Shown here: piece by piece, positions 20,153-29,605 of the stretch
Numbering within the stretch: position 1 is the first letter of the stretch
How the letters are laid out: each line of letters opens with the position of its first letter
Assembly: GCA_964475265.1 (NCBI GenBank)
Contig: CAYYVY010000009.1
Location: forward strand, 1,002-65,001
Reading direction: 5' to 3'
DNA: 64,000 nucleotides
Source of the DNA: an uncultured Anaerolineaceae bacterium
GTDB lineage: Bacteria > Chloroflexota > Anaerolineae > Anaerolineales > E44-bin32
The notes under the pieces: generated by a model
Told to the model about the DNA's origin: nothing
Seen by the model: the letters and a program-made list of their open reading frames with translations, nothing else
Databases searched by the model: none
Translations under genes and position numbers: made by a program

Positions 20153-20851
20153 TTAGATCGGAGCGCTTCTCCCCAGTTGGAACAACCTGCGTGCGATCAT
20201 TATGTTCCACACGAAAAGCAGCATGGCCGAGAAGGCTGAAACATACAGGCCCACGACCGGGAGAAACAAGCCGAAATCGAGGATGCTCGAAACAATACGC
20301 ACGCAAGCCGTGGTCCGATTGAAGATCGTGCTGCGCAGCATGACGATCGAGAGGATCAAGCCCGTAATCGAACCCAACAGGTAACTGACCATATAGCTGG
20401 TGCCGTGGAATATCGCCAGAAGACCCTCTCCCGCCGCCAGGTACAGGGTCTGCTGCGCATCGGTTGTGGCCGTCGCGTATTGGCCGCTGAGATGCAGCAT
20501 TTCTAAAGCCGGTCTAGCCGAGAAAAGCGCCGCGGATCCCGCGATAGTGAGAGCGATGTACAGCGCCATTAACGCGGGATCGGTCCGCCGCAGGGCGACG
20601 TACAAGGCCAGCGACAGGGGTATCGCCAGCACTCCATAGACGATGAACAACACTTCGAAGGACAGTAATCCTAATAATGCGTTGTCTTGAAACAGCTCGA
20701 ACCAGCCCAGCGCCGTGCTCGGAGGCGGCTCGATGCTGAAGACGGCGATCTGTATGGGGACGATGAAGATCATTAATACAACCGCAATTGCGGCGATCCT
20801 GTAAAGTGATTGCCATTGAAAGTTACCGCTTTCTTGATTTGATTTCATCAT
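20153..20851 (-). CDS. DUF4386-like membrane protein
   Basis: WFELFQDN, LSGQYATATTDAQQTLYLAAGE. Confidence 0.7.
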   Translation of the reverse strand: MMKSNQESGNFQWQSLYRIAAIAVVLMIFIVPIQIAVFSIEPPPSTALGWFELFQDNALLGLLSFEVLFIVYGVLAIPLSLALYVALRRTDPALMALYIALTIAGSAALFSARPALEMLHLSGQYATATTDAQQTLYLAAGEGLLAIFHGTSYMVSYLLGSITGLILSIVMLRSTIFNRTTACVRIVSSILDFGLFLPVVGLYVSAFSAMLLFVWNIMIARRLFQLGRSAPI

Positions 20852-21075
20852 TGTTTCTCCCTTTCGTGTTCGCAATTCACGGACAAGAGAACGAACCCGC
20901 GTCCGTGCAGGTAGCGCAGCAATCCGATGACGCCGGATTGATCGGTGTGGACTTCCAATCTTGTGCTTTGGGCATCCAGGCACTCGACTTTCACTCGCAG
21001 CGGGCTGGCGCCGCCGATCTCTTGCGAATCGATTCGTCCACGAAGCAGGATGAAATAAGTTTGCACATCATTCAT
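20848..21075 (-). CDS. Small ACT-like hypothetical protein following a MalT-type regulator
   Basis: YFILLRGRID...TDQSGVIGLLRYLHGRGFVLLSV, similar to 29606..29863. Confidence 0.65.
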   Translation of the reverse strand: MNDVQTYFILLRGRIDSQEIGGASPLRVKVECLDAQSTRLEVHTDQSGVIGLLRYLHGRGFVLLSVNCEHEREKQ

Positions 21076-21200
21076 GCTCGACCCTCTTGCGAAACCACAT
21101 CAGTCCAAAGCAGTGATACTGTGACTTCATTTTAGAGAGGCAGTCTCACAAAGTCAGCGGACGAAAGATGTATTAGTTGGCAACTTCGAGGGGAAAGCGG

Positions 21201-21221
21201 ATTACTCGAAAGTGTAATTGC
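21201..21221 (-). promoter_or_regulatory. Candidate LuxR-type operator TTAC-N8-GTAA
   Basis: ATTACTCGAAAGTGTAATTGC lies between the regulator stop and the downstream operon; analogous site at 29939. Confidence 0.45.
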
Positions 21222-21258
21222 TTGCTCATGAAATCGCAGCTAGTGAAGTCTGAGTTTG

Positions 21259-23994
21259 TCAGAGCAGACCCAGTTGACGCGCCCGTGCGACCGCCTGTGT
21301 GCGGCTGTTTACCCTCAGCTTTCCATAGATGTTGCTGCTGTGCTTTTTTACCGTATGCAGTGTAATCACGAGGCGATCGGCGATTTCGTGATTGGACAAA
21401 CCTTCGCCGATCAATGCCAGGACTTCCTTTTCGCGCTCACTCAGCGTGTCGATCAAGGCGGACTCTGCGGACTTGGGTATGGCTGCATCTTCAGCGACCA
21501 GCTTCTCCGGGAAAGCGGCTACGATGCTCTCGACGTACTCCGGGCTGGCGTTTCCGATTTCGCCCCGCGCCAACAGGGTCGTCAATGTATCGAGCAGTGG
21601 GGTCCCTTCATCGATGAAGATGCTGATAAATCCTTCCGGCTCGGCTAATTCCAACGCCTGGATCGTGTCCGCAGCGCTTTCTTCCGTATCACCGATAACG
21701 GCATGCATTTGGCCGCGAAGTAGAAGCAACTCCAACCCGATGAGAAGATACTGACGCTGCAAAGCTTCTTCGACGATGAGGTCCGCCAAGGCAATGCCGG
21801 CCTTTAAGTTTGCCATCTCTTGCTTGGTCCGCGCTCGGTACAGCAGGATTCGAAAAGCGCTGGTATAGAGCGCCCCGGTGGGCGGGGTGATGATCTGGTA
21901 GGGGGCTTGCTCTGGGTGGTCGAATCCATCCTGGAAAGAAAAGCCCAGCGGTGTGAGGATCGCTTCCGCTCTGGCAAGGCGGTTGCGGGCCAGGTGGATG
22001 CGGATTTCCTGGGCTAATGCTTCCTCACGCACTGCCGTTGGTGCCTCAGATCGCATCATGCCTGCGACCTTCTGGATCTCTCGATCGGCTGCTTCCAAAT
22101 CGCCCTCAAGTTGATGTAGTCGGGAGAGGACCACGCCGTAATACACTTCCGCATCGCTGTAGCCGCTCAACTCGCTCACGCGGATAGAGCGCTGAAAATA
22201 TTCGAGCGCCTTTTCCAATTGGTGCCATTGGTAATGAACCACACCAAGTTCACCGTATACAGCGGTGCTGATCGGGGGCAAAGATCCCGAACGCTCCATG
22301 CGTTCGAGTCCACGAGAGACGATCTCGAAGGTGAAATGCAGCTGGCCGTGCTGGATGGCCATCAGTGCCAGACCGGAAATGCCCAGCAGTTCGTAAACCG
22401 AATTGCCCACCGCCTCGCCGTAATGGATGATCCGTTGGAATGCTTCCAGAGCGTTGTCGTATTCGTCGAGTTGTTGGTAGACGCTTGCCAGTCCCAAATC
22501 GATCATGCTGCGTACGCGTCCGTCATCCTGGGAGACGAGCGCAAAAGCTTGTTGCGCCAATTTCAAGCCCTCTGCCGGCTTTCCCTGTGCGTTGAGCAGC
22601 ATAACCTGCAGCGCGAGCCACTTTGCCTTGAGAATGGGATTATCATCCCCGATTTTGCCTTCGGCGTGCATTTCCTGCAATCGATGCAGATACGGAGCCG
22701 CCTGCGAATACGCACCGCGTTGAATGTACATCCAGGCGAAGGCCAGGTTGGCTTCAGCACTTTGCTCGCACCAGGCGTGGGGGATCGCTTGCAGCCAACC
22801 GTCCACCGTTTTGATGTGCCATTTCATGAGCATATCCATGGCGTGACTTTCGATCAGGCGCACGGCCGCAGCATAATCTCGAGCAGCCAGGGCATGCTCG
22901 ATGGCTTCGCTGGGCATGTCCATTTGGACGAACCATTGGCTGGCGCGTTGGTGAAGCTCGGCTACGGAATCCTGAGCGAAGTCCTGTAAACGATCGCGCA
23001 GCAGATCGGTAAACAAGGCATGATAGCGATACCAGCGCTGCTGGTCGTCCAACGGGATCAGGAACAAATTGGCGCTGTATAAGTCTTCCAGCAACGAGCG
23101 ACTGTCACTGCGTCCCGTAATTGCATCGCACAAATCCCCGTTCAAGCGATCAAGAATCGAAGTTTGCACCAAAAAACGCAGGATATCTGGCGCTTGCCGG
23201 CTGAGGACTTCCTCGCTCAAGTAACTCAGGATGAAGCGGTGGCTGCCGCTCAGGTTGGTGATGAATTGGGAGGGGTTCTCTCTGTCGTGGATCGACAAAC
23301 CGGCGAGGTGCAGCCCGGCGATCCAGCCTTCCGTGCGATCGACCAGCTTGCGGATGTCGCCTATCGAGAGGGAAAGCCCCATTTGCTGATTGAGGAATTT
23401 TTCAGCTTCCTTCTCAGTAAAACGCAGATCGCCCGCTCGAATCTCGCTCAGTTTATCACTGGCGCGCAAGCGAGCCAGCGGCAGTGAGGGATCTTCCCGG
23501 GTGATCAAAACGAGATGCAGCGGCAATGGAAGATTCGAAATCAAGTCTTCCAAAACATGCAGGATGTATTCATCTTGGATCACCTGGAAATCGTCCAACA
23601 CCAGCAGGAACCGTTTCTCGACGCTGAGGATGTCACCGATAAGGGTCGTGCTGAAGACCTCGACGGGGGGGAGTTGTCCTGCGCGCAGCACCCCTTCGAT
23701 CTCGCTGCCGATACCGCCCTCGATTTGCTGTAAAGCAGCGATCAGATAGGAAAAAAAGCGCCCGGGGTCGTCATCCGCCGCATCGAGGGAGAGCCAGGTC
23801 ATCGGCCAGCGAACCAGCGAATCGATCCATTCGCTGACGCAGATGGTCTTACCGAATCCGGCCGGTGCCGAGACAAGTACGATTTGATGTCCGCATTCCA
23901 ACCCTTCGGTCAGTTTCCGAATCAGGGATGTACGTTGGACCCACTTCCCGGGAAGGGATGGGCGATTCAGTTTCGTGGTTAAGAGACCCGACAT
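21259..23994 (-). CDS. MalT-family STAND ATPase / LuxR HTH regulator
   Basis: APAGFGKT, LVLDDFQ, TEGWIAGL, TPR-like sensor region, C-terminal LSEREKEVL...NSRTQAV. Confidence 0.93.
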   Translation of the reverse strand: MSGLLTTKLNRPSLPGKWVQRTSLIRKLTEGLECGHQIVLVSAPAGFGKTICVSEWIDSLVRWPMTWLSLDAADDDPGRFFSYLIAALQQIEGGIGSEIEGVLRAGQLPPVEVFSTTLIGDILSVEKRFLLVLDDFQVIQDEYILHVLEDLISNLPLPLHLVLITREDPSLPLARLRASDKLSEIRAGDLRFTEKEAEKFLNQQMGLSLSIGDIRKLVDRTEGWIAGLHLAGLSIHDRENPSQFITNLSGSHRFILSYLSEEVLSRQAPDILRFLVQTSILDRLNGDLCDAITGRSDSRSLLEDLYSANLFLIPLDDQQRWYRYHALFTDLLRDRLQDFAQDSVAELHQRASQWFVQMDMPSEAIEHALAARDYAAAVRLIESHAMDMLMKWHIKTVDGWLQAIPHAWCEQSAEANLAFAWMYIQRGAYSQAAPYLHRLQEMHAEGKIGDDNPILKAKWLALQVMLLNAQGKPAEGLKLAQQAFALVSQDDGRVRSMIDLGLASVYQQLDEYDNALEAFQRIIHYGEAVGNSVYELLGISGLALMAIQHGQLHFTFEIVSRGLERMERSGSLPPISTAVYGELGVVHYQWHQLEKALEYFQRSIRVSELSGYSDAEVYYGVVLSRLHQLEGDLEAADREIQKVAGMMRSEAPTAVREEALAQEIRIHLARNRLARAEAILTPLGFSFQDGFDHPEQAPYQIITPPTGALYTSAFRILLYRARTKQEMANLKAGIALADLIVEEALQRQYLLIGLELLLLRGQMHAVIGDTEESAADTIQALELAEPEGFISIFIDEGTPLLDTLTTLLARGEIGNASPEYVESIVAAFPEKLVAEDAAIPKSAESALIDTLSEREKEVLALIGEGLSNHEIADRLVITLHTVKKHSSNIYGKLRVNSRTQAVARARQLGLL

Positions 23995-24061
23995 ATCTCA
24001 CGCATCATTGTCTTTGCCTTAGTTTAACAAAAGGCGATTAAAAGACTCTATCTCATCGAAT

Positions 24062-24787
24062 TCATGCTTGTGTACTCTCCCGGGCAAGCCGGAAGAGGCC
24101 TCGACTGATCAGCACCCACCAAATCAGCCAGCTCAATCCGCCGACGGGTATGAGTATCTCCGACAGCGTTGCGTTAATGACCAGGCTGAGACGACCTACG
24201 AGGGTGATGAAGAATCCAAGTATGCCTACATACGCCGTCGCCTTGTCGAACGTCCCGTTGTGTAAAATTACGATTGAGATGATCAGGCTGGCGATTGCAA
24301 TGAAGAAGTAGCCTATCGTGTCGATCGTCGCCCGTACGGGAGCGCCTAACGTTTGTCCCACGGCTAATAATTGATCTCTTTGGACTTGAGTCGTCGCTGC
24401 TGCGTATTCATCGCTGAGTTTTAGCATCGTGGATCCCATATCGGCACGCGAGGCGACGAATACGGTGATGCCCAGGAGGGCGAAGAACACGGCAATCAAC
24501 ATGATCGATTCGTTCGCTCGTCTCAACGCTATATAGAGCGCCAGAAACATGACCCCCAGCAAGGCGATGGAAATCACGTCGAAGACGTTGAGCGCCAGCA
24601 AACCGAGTAGCTTGTTGTCCTCGAACAAGGAGAACCATTCGAGCGCTTGGGTCGGGTATTCGTCACCGACCAGAATTACGCCGATGACCTCGATTACGTA
24701 TGTGGCCAACGTAATCAGCGGGGCAATCACACCGATCCGATACAGCAGATTCCATGGATTGGTTGTTGTTTGGTTATATTTAGGCAT
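24062..24787 (-). CDS. DUF4386-like membrane protein
   Basis: EWFSLFEDN, LSDEYAAATTQVQRDQLLAVG. Confidence 0.7.
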   Translation of the reverse strand: MPKYNQTTTNPWNLLYRIGVIAPLITLATYVIEVIGVILVGDEYPTQALEWFSLFEDNKLLGLLALNVFDVISIALLGVMFLALYIALRRANESIMLIAVFFALLGITVFVASRADMGSTMLKLSDEYAAATTQVQRDQLLAVGQTLGAPVRATIDTIGYFFIAIASLIISIVILHNGTFDKATAYVGILGFFITLVGRLSLVINATLSEILIPVGGLSWLIWWVLISRGLFRLARESTQA

Positions 24788-25079
24788 GTTGTGTTTCTCC
24801 GTCTTGGAGTGCTGTTATTTCATTGCTCGTTTACTTTTGTATATATAAGTATGGGGGAGAAGTATGTTCTTATCAAGATTAACCCGGGCGGATAGTGAAG
24901 TGGGTAGAATGATTGAGTCTATAAAAATTTGGGGAGAATTCAAAATCCGCTCGATGAAAATTCGGTATAAAGAACAACAGCGGCCCAAACGACTAATTTA
25001 TGTATTTCGAGTTGTCGGGGGTACTCAGCACAAGCGAATCAAAATAACCTGAAGCTGGAGAGCTTTAAGCGGCAGTTAA

Positions 25080-26195
25080 CTAACGAGTCATCTCATCAAT
25101 CTCGCGGGTTCGCAGGCCGATGAGCACACATACCGCGATGCCGACGAGGACCGCGATCATACCTGCTGGCGCGATCGTGACTTCCATGGGTCCTGTGGCG
25201 CAGGGTGCTACGAGTCCAAAGTTGTGCGCGATGGCTCCCCCAAAAAACATACCCAGGATGAAGTAGGCTGCATCCCCACTGCCTTCCCCTGTGAGGATGA
25301 GCTGCCGTGTCGGGCAGCCACCTGCCAGCGTGGAGGCGATCCCGACCAGGATCATACCCAGGAAATTCCACAGATGTTGGCTTTGAACGACGGGTTGATT
25401 GGCAAAGCCAATATTAATTTGTCCCAAGAATGTATTCGTCACGAATGCAGCGATTAATAGACTGAGAGCCCCGCTAAGCAGGTGGGTGTTTCGTATGAGC
25501 ACAACATCACGAATCGATCCCATGATACAGAAGCGCGTGCGTTGGCCCAAAAATCCGATCGACAATCCTGCAAGCAAAGAAAGCCACACAGCGGCGTGCA
25601 TCGATCCTGAACCCACATAGCTGGAAAAGATGGGACCATCTTCCCCGACGCGTGGTTGAAAGATCAGCAAGAGCAATAGGCCGATCGTTCCGATCGGAAC
25701 GAACCAGCTGAAAAATGCCGGCAGTATCCTGGTGCGGCCAGGTGTGTAACCGGCTTTAAGTAACCGCACGCCGATGCCAACGCCCACTCCAAATCCTGCG
25801 ATGCCTACAAGTGCGTTCAGATCGCCGCCGGCAAGCCGGAGTAATGCTCTCAATGGACAGCCCTGGAAGGCTAAGGCGCCGATGGCTGTGAAAGAACCCA
25901 GAATCAAAGGTACGAGTGAAAGTGTTGTTGCCCGGTTGCGATGCTCCGAAAACAGCTTGGCGGTCAGATAGGCACCCAACACGATGCCTATGATCTCGGG
26001 ACGGATGAACTGCACGGCACCTTCACGGTGAAAGCCCAACGCGCCACTGATGTCGCGTAAGAAGCCTGCGATGCAAATGCCCATGTTGGGTGGATTACCG
26101 GCGTAGACCAAAGCAGCGGCCATAACCCCGATAAAAACTCCGGCGAAGACGACTCCCCGCTGGGCGGCAAAGAAGGCTGTTAGCTTATCTCGCAT
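25080..26195 (-). CDS. yedE: YedE/YeeE-family putative selenium/sulfur transporter (selenium-metabolism YedE type)
   Basis: GNPPNMGICIAGFLRD, FIRPEI, GCPLRALLRLAGGD, QRTRFCIMG, GGCPTRQLIL; ATG 26195 after GAGG. Confidence 0.88.
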   Translation of the reverse strand: MRDKLTAFFAAQRGVVFAGVFIGVMAAALVYAGNPPNMGICIAGFLRDISGALGFHREGAVQFIRPEIIGIVLGAYLTAKLFSEHRNRATTLSLVPLILGSFTAIGALAFQGCPLRALLRLAGGDLNALVGIAGFGVGVGIGVRLLKAGYTPGRTRILPAFFSWFVPIGTIGLLLLLIFQPRVGEDGPIFSSYVGSGSMHAAVWLSLLAGLSIGFLGQRTRFCIMGSIRDVVLIRNTHLLSGALSLLIAAFVTNTFLGQINIGFANQPVVQSQHLWNFLGMILVGIASTLAGGCPTRQLILTGEGSGDAAYFILGMFFGGAIAHNFGLVAPCATGPMEVTIAPAGMIAVLVGIAVCVLIGLRTREIDEMTR

Positions 26196-26218
26196 CGTCA
26201 ATTCCTCTGGAAGTCGGT

Positions 26219-26443
26219 TTAAATGTCGAATAATCCCTGGGTTTCGATCCGCAGGGATTGGACCAAGGATTCGGCTCGATCTCGGTCGCTTTGGGCAATA
26301 CGGACGCAAACCCCACAATCCGAGCTCAGGTGACGAGGCACGGGAATTAGTTTCGAGGCGACCCCGGTTTTTTGCAGGATTTTTTCTAACTTCAGGGCAT
26401 GACTTGTCGAATAGACCAGAATCACTGTGTACGCTGCGCTCAC
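26219..26443 (-). CDS. DUF3343 putative Se/S carrier protein
   Basis: STSHALKLEK...LIPVPRHLSSDCG. Confidence 0.85.
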   Translation of the reverse strand: MSAAYTVILVYSTSHALKLEKILQKTGVASKLIPVPRHLSSDCGVCVRIAQSDRDRAESLVQSLRIETQGLFDI

Positions 26444-27657
26444 TGCCTATCCTTTGCCATGATGCGTTCTATATTGAAATGAAGCCTTCCGTTTTTCTGA
26501 CTTAAATGTTGGACGGCAGCAACAGCAGCGCTTACATCTTCGTGGGTATTCATTGCGCCCAGACCGAAACGGACGGTGCCTGTCGGGAATGTGCCCAACG
26601 TCTTGTGCGCCACCGGCGCACAGTGCAGCCCCACACGGCAAAGGATGCCGAATTCTTCATCCAGACGAAGGCCAACGTCGGAGGGGGGCAGATCGGCAAT
26701 ATTGAATGAGATCGTCGACGTTTGGAATGCTGCTTGTGCCCCGCCATACAGCGTGACACCTGGAATATCAAGCAGACCATCCAACAGCGTCTGAGTTAAG
26801 CTCATCTCGTGCGCACGAATGTTTCCCACGCCTTGCTGCAGCACCCATTGGATTCCGGCTTGCAATCCTGCAATGCCAACGCCGTTGGGCGTTCCGCTTT
26901 CACCCAAATCGGGTAAGAAGCCGGGATGTTCTTCCAGTTCTGAGCGGCTGCCGGTGCCACCCCGCTTGAGCGGTACAAAGCGATCGAGATCGACGCGCTC
27001 ACCGACAACCAGGCCGCCGGTTCCCATGGGACCGAAAAGTGATTTATGTCCCGTAAACGCCAACAAGTCGATCATGTCGGCTTGCATGTCGATGGGATGG
27101 GCACCTGCGGTTTGAGCGGCATCAACCAACAGGAGCAGCTCACGTTGGCGGGCGATTTTGCCAAGATCTGTAATGGGCAGAATCGTGCCGGCGACGTTTG
27201 AGGCGTGATTGATGGCCAGCATGACGGTATTGGGGCGAATCGCTGCGGCAACATCGGCTGGTTGCAGAAAGCCTTCTGGAGAGCACTTCACAACGGTTAA
27301 CTCGAGTCCGATTTGTTCCAGAGCCCGAAGTGGACGCATCATCGAATTGTGTTCCATGCTTGTGGTGATCACATGGTCGCCCGGTCGTAGATAGCCACAT
27401 AGCGCCAAATTCAGGGCCTCCGTTACGTTGGCGCCGAAAACCACTTTCAGAGGATCGTCGACATTAAATAACTGTGCGACGCGTTCACGCGTTTCGAAGA
27501 CCACGCGCGCGGCCTGCACGGCCATACGGTGACCGGATCTTCCCGGATTGGCGCCTAGCTCCGTCATGAAATGAACCATGGCCTGGCTCACCGCGATCGG
27601 CTTGGGCCAGGACGTCGCTGCATTGTCCAGGTAAATCAGGTGCTCTTTAATTTGCAT
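26440..27657 (-). CDS. PLP-dependent cysteine desulfurase / selenocysteine lyase family protein
   Basis: YLDNAATSWPKP, NPGRSGH, DAAQTAG, FTGHKS (PLP Lys), RVGLHCAP (catalytic Cys). Confidence 0.92.
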   Translation of the reverse strand: MQIKEHLIYLDNAATSWPKPIAVSQAMVHFMTELGANPGRSGHRMAVQAARVVFETRERVAQLFNVDDPLKVVFGANVTEALNLALCGYLRPGDHVITTSMEHNSMMRPLRALEQIGLELTVVKCSPEGFLQPADVAAAIRPNTVMLAINHASNVAGTILPITDLGKIARQRELLLLVDAAQTAGAHPIDMQADMIDLLAFTGHKSLFGPMGTGGLVVGERVDLDRFVPLKRGGTGSRSELEEHPGFLPDLGESGTPNGVGIAGLQAGIQWVLQQGVGNIRAHEMSLTQTLLDGLLDIPGVTLYGGAQAAFQTSTISFNIADLPPSDVGLRLDEEFGILCRVGLHCAPVAHKTLGTFPTGTVRFGLGAMNTHEDVSAAVAAVQHLSQKNGRLHFNIERIMAKDRQ

Positions 27658-27667
27658 GCTTTTCCGC

Positions 27668-28600
27668 CTACTCGATCTCAACTTTACGCTGCAGTAAGAA
27701 AACTTCGGATTCCATTAAATCTGTAATCGTTAGATACGATGCGTCGTGCGAGAGATATAACGATACGAACATGGGAGATTCGATAACGTCTTCACGAACC
27801 CAATTCAAGCCGCCATCTTTGGTGTGAAAGGCAACGACTTTACTTTGTGAATTTCCTGTAACATGCAGCACCGCCAGGCCATGTTGGTCGTCCAGAAAGC
27901 GCAGCCCCGCTGAGGCGGTTTCCATGTTGGAAACCTGTACAGCTCCGATGGGTAAAATCCGTTGTTGCCAGCTTTCCCCCCCGTTTTGTGTGACGAACAA
28001 CTGCCCCTCGGTATCGAGAACGGCGCCGTTCATTGGGGTCCTCAGCGATATCGCCAGTATCTCGGATAAATCCTGCGGCAAGCTCAGCAATTGCCAACTG
28101 CTGCCGCCGTTGGTGGTTATGCCTAAGCGGTCCGTCGTGGCGACCCAGCCTGTGGTGGCATCGAGAAAACTTAGAAATTTGCAATAGTTGCCAAACTCAC
28201 TGACGGCTTCCCAAGACTGGCCACCGTCGATACTTCGGCCAATGGGTCCCAAACTGCATTGCCAGGCCACTTGTGGGTCGACCACGTCGAGTCCGAAGAG
28301 GCACTCGATGCTGCTGTCTGACGGGGTCCAGGATTGACTACCGTCAAGCGTTACGTGTGCTTTTCCTTCGTCCGCTGGACCACCTGTGATCCCGAAATCG
28401 GAATTTAGATAGGCGGCGACGCGTATCGCATGATCTATCGAGGCTTTGCGAAGAAACACCCAGGAGTCGGACAGCGGCATATATTGCATGTCACTTGCTT
28501 GGTCCGCTTGGGGAGGGACAATCTCTTTGGGCGTACAGGCGACTATTGCGAGCAATAGTAAAAATATAAGTGGAAAGCTGGGTGAATTGAGTCTCGTCAT
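27668..28600 (-). CDS. YCF48/BNR-repeat beta-propeller lipoprotein (Cys form)
   Basis: IVAC lipobox; repeated T/S-x-D/N-GG-x-S/T-W Asp-box motifs; ECLFGLD...WQC. Confidence 0.85.
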   Translation of the reverse strand: MTRLNSPSFPLIFLLLLAIVACTPKEIVPPQADQASDMQYMPLSDSWVFLRKASIDHAIRVAAYLNSDFGITGGPADEGKAHVTLDGSQSWTPSDSSIECLFGLDVVDPQVAWQCSLGPIGRSIDGGQSWEAVSEFGNYCKFLSFLDATTGWVATTDRLGITTNGGSSWQLLSLPQDLSEILAISLRTPMNGAVLDTEGQLFVTQNGGESWQQRILPIGAVQVSNMETASAGLRFLDDQHGLAVLHVTGNSQSKVVAFHTKDGGLNWVREDVIESPMFVSLYLSHDASYLTITDLMESEVFLLQRKVEIE

Positions 28601-28633
28601 CTTGGTTTCAACCGCATTGCCTTTCTCCGACGA

Positions 28634-29581
28634 TCAAGTGTCGTTATGTCGAAGGACGGTGATCTTTCCTGCGACCGACTGGATCGTTAGATATTTCCCG
28701 TCTCTTGACAGATACGTGGAGCCAAGAGTGGCTGGCACGATTTCTTCCTGCCAGGTTTGACCGCCATCCGTAGTCGTCAGCGCGACGACCTTGCTGTCTC
28801 CTCCTCCAAAGAGGTCGACGATCACGATGCCGTCATCGGCATCCAGGAAACGAACGGCACCGAAGGTAACGGAATTATTCGCCTCTAGTTTCATCTCACC
28901 GTATTTGCCCAGCGGCAGTGAAATCTTGTTCCAGCTCCGGCCTCCGTCGGCCGTGATGTACAAGTCTCCGCCCTTGTATAGGAGATATCCATCCATCCTT
29001 GTCCGGAGTGAGATTGTGACGATGTTGTAGACAAAGATGTCCTCAGGCAGTGGGAATTCCGTCCATGTTTCACCTGCGTCGGTACTTAGCTGTGAGTCTG
29101 GTGTTTGGTTTGGAGAGAGATACCAGACTGTATCCGCATCGACCGCACTCACTCGACAGAATGGTATTCCGGCGCCGTCAGCATCGCCTTCCCAGGTAAG
29201 GCCGCCGTCCCGCGTCAGGCGAATCACCGAAGCGTTGCATTGCCAGATCGTGTTGACATCAACGATGTCCAGACCGAACAGTCAACCCGAACTTGTATCG
29301 GAAGCCACCCAGGTCTGACCACCGTCGTGGGTACTGTGAAAAACACCTGCCGCATCGGCACCTCCGGTAAAACCCAGTTCGTCGTCATAGAAAGCGGCTA
29401 TCCTTACGTTTTGTTCCACGCGATCCAACTCCAGCACGACCTCCCATGGCTCGACAGGCTCTGGGGTGAGCGTTTCCGTCGGAACAACCACTGGAACTTC
29501 GCTGATCGGCGATACGCCGTTCATCGTGCATGCCGCCAGCAATGCGGTGAATAGTAAATGTAGCGCGAATATTTTCTTCAT
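28634..29581 (-). CDS. Putative selenoprotein: YCF48/BNR-repeat lipoprotein with in-frame UGA (Sec100), 315 aa
   Basis: AGGGAG RBS, ATG 29581, LLAAC lipobox; frame continues through TGA 29284-29282 as SSG-U-LFGLDIVDVNTIWQC, aligning with SIE-C-LFGLDVVDPQVAWQC of the adjacent paralog. Confidence 0.8.
29246..29275 (-). promoter_or_regulatory. Candidate bacterial SECIS element
   Basis: mRNA after the UGA reads CUGUUC-GGUC-UG-GACAUC-GUU-GAUGUC-AA-CA-C-GAUC; G-initiated apical loop starts after an 18-nt spacer from the UGA. Confidence 0.6.
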
Positions 29582-29605
29582 CGATTGTTCTCCCTTCATT
29601 GGTAA

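Noticed and set aside
24790-25075. AT-rich spacer as a small gene or an island boundary
   Set aside because: Short ORFs lack RBS and motifs, and no att site, tRNA or integrase is nearby; most likely promoter DNA
28634-29599. Two separate genes or a simple pseudogene, as the ORF track implies
   Set aside because: Paralog similarity is continuous across the TGA, the stop sits on a conserved Cys column, and a hairpin and selenium-related neighbours are present; a nonsense mutation remains possible but is less parsimonious
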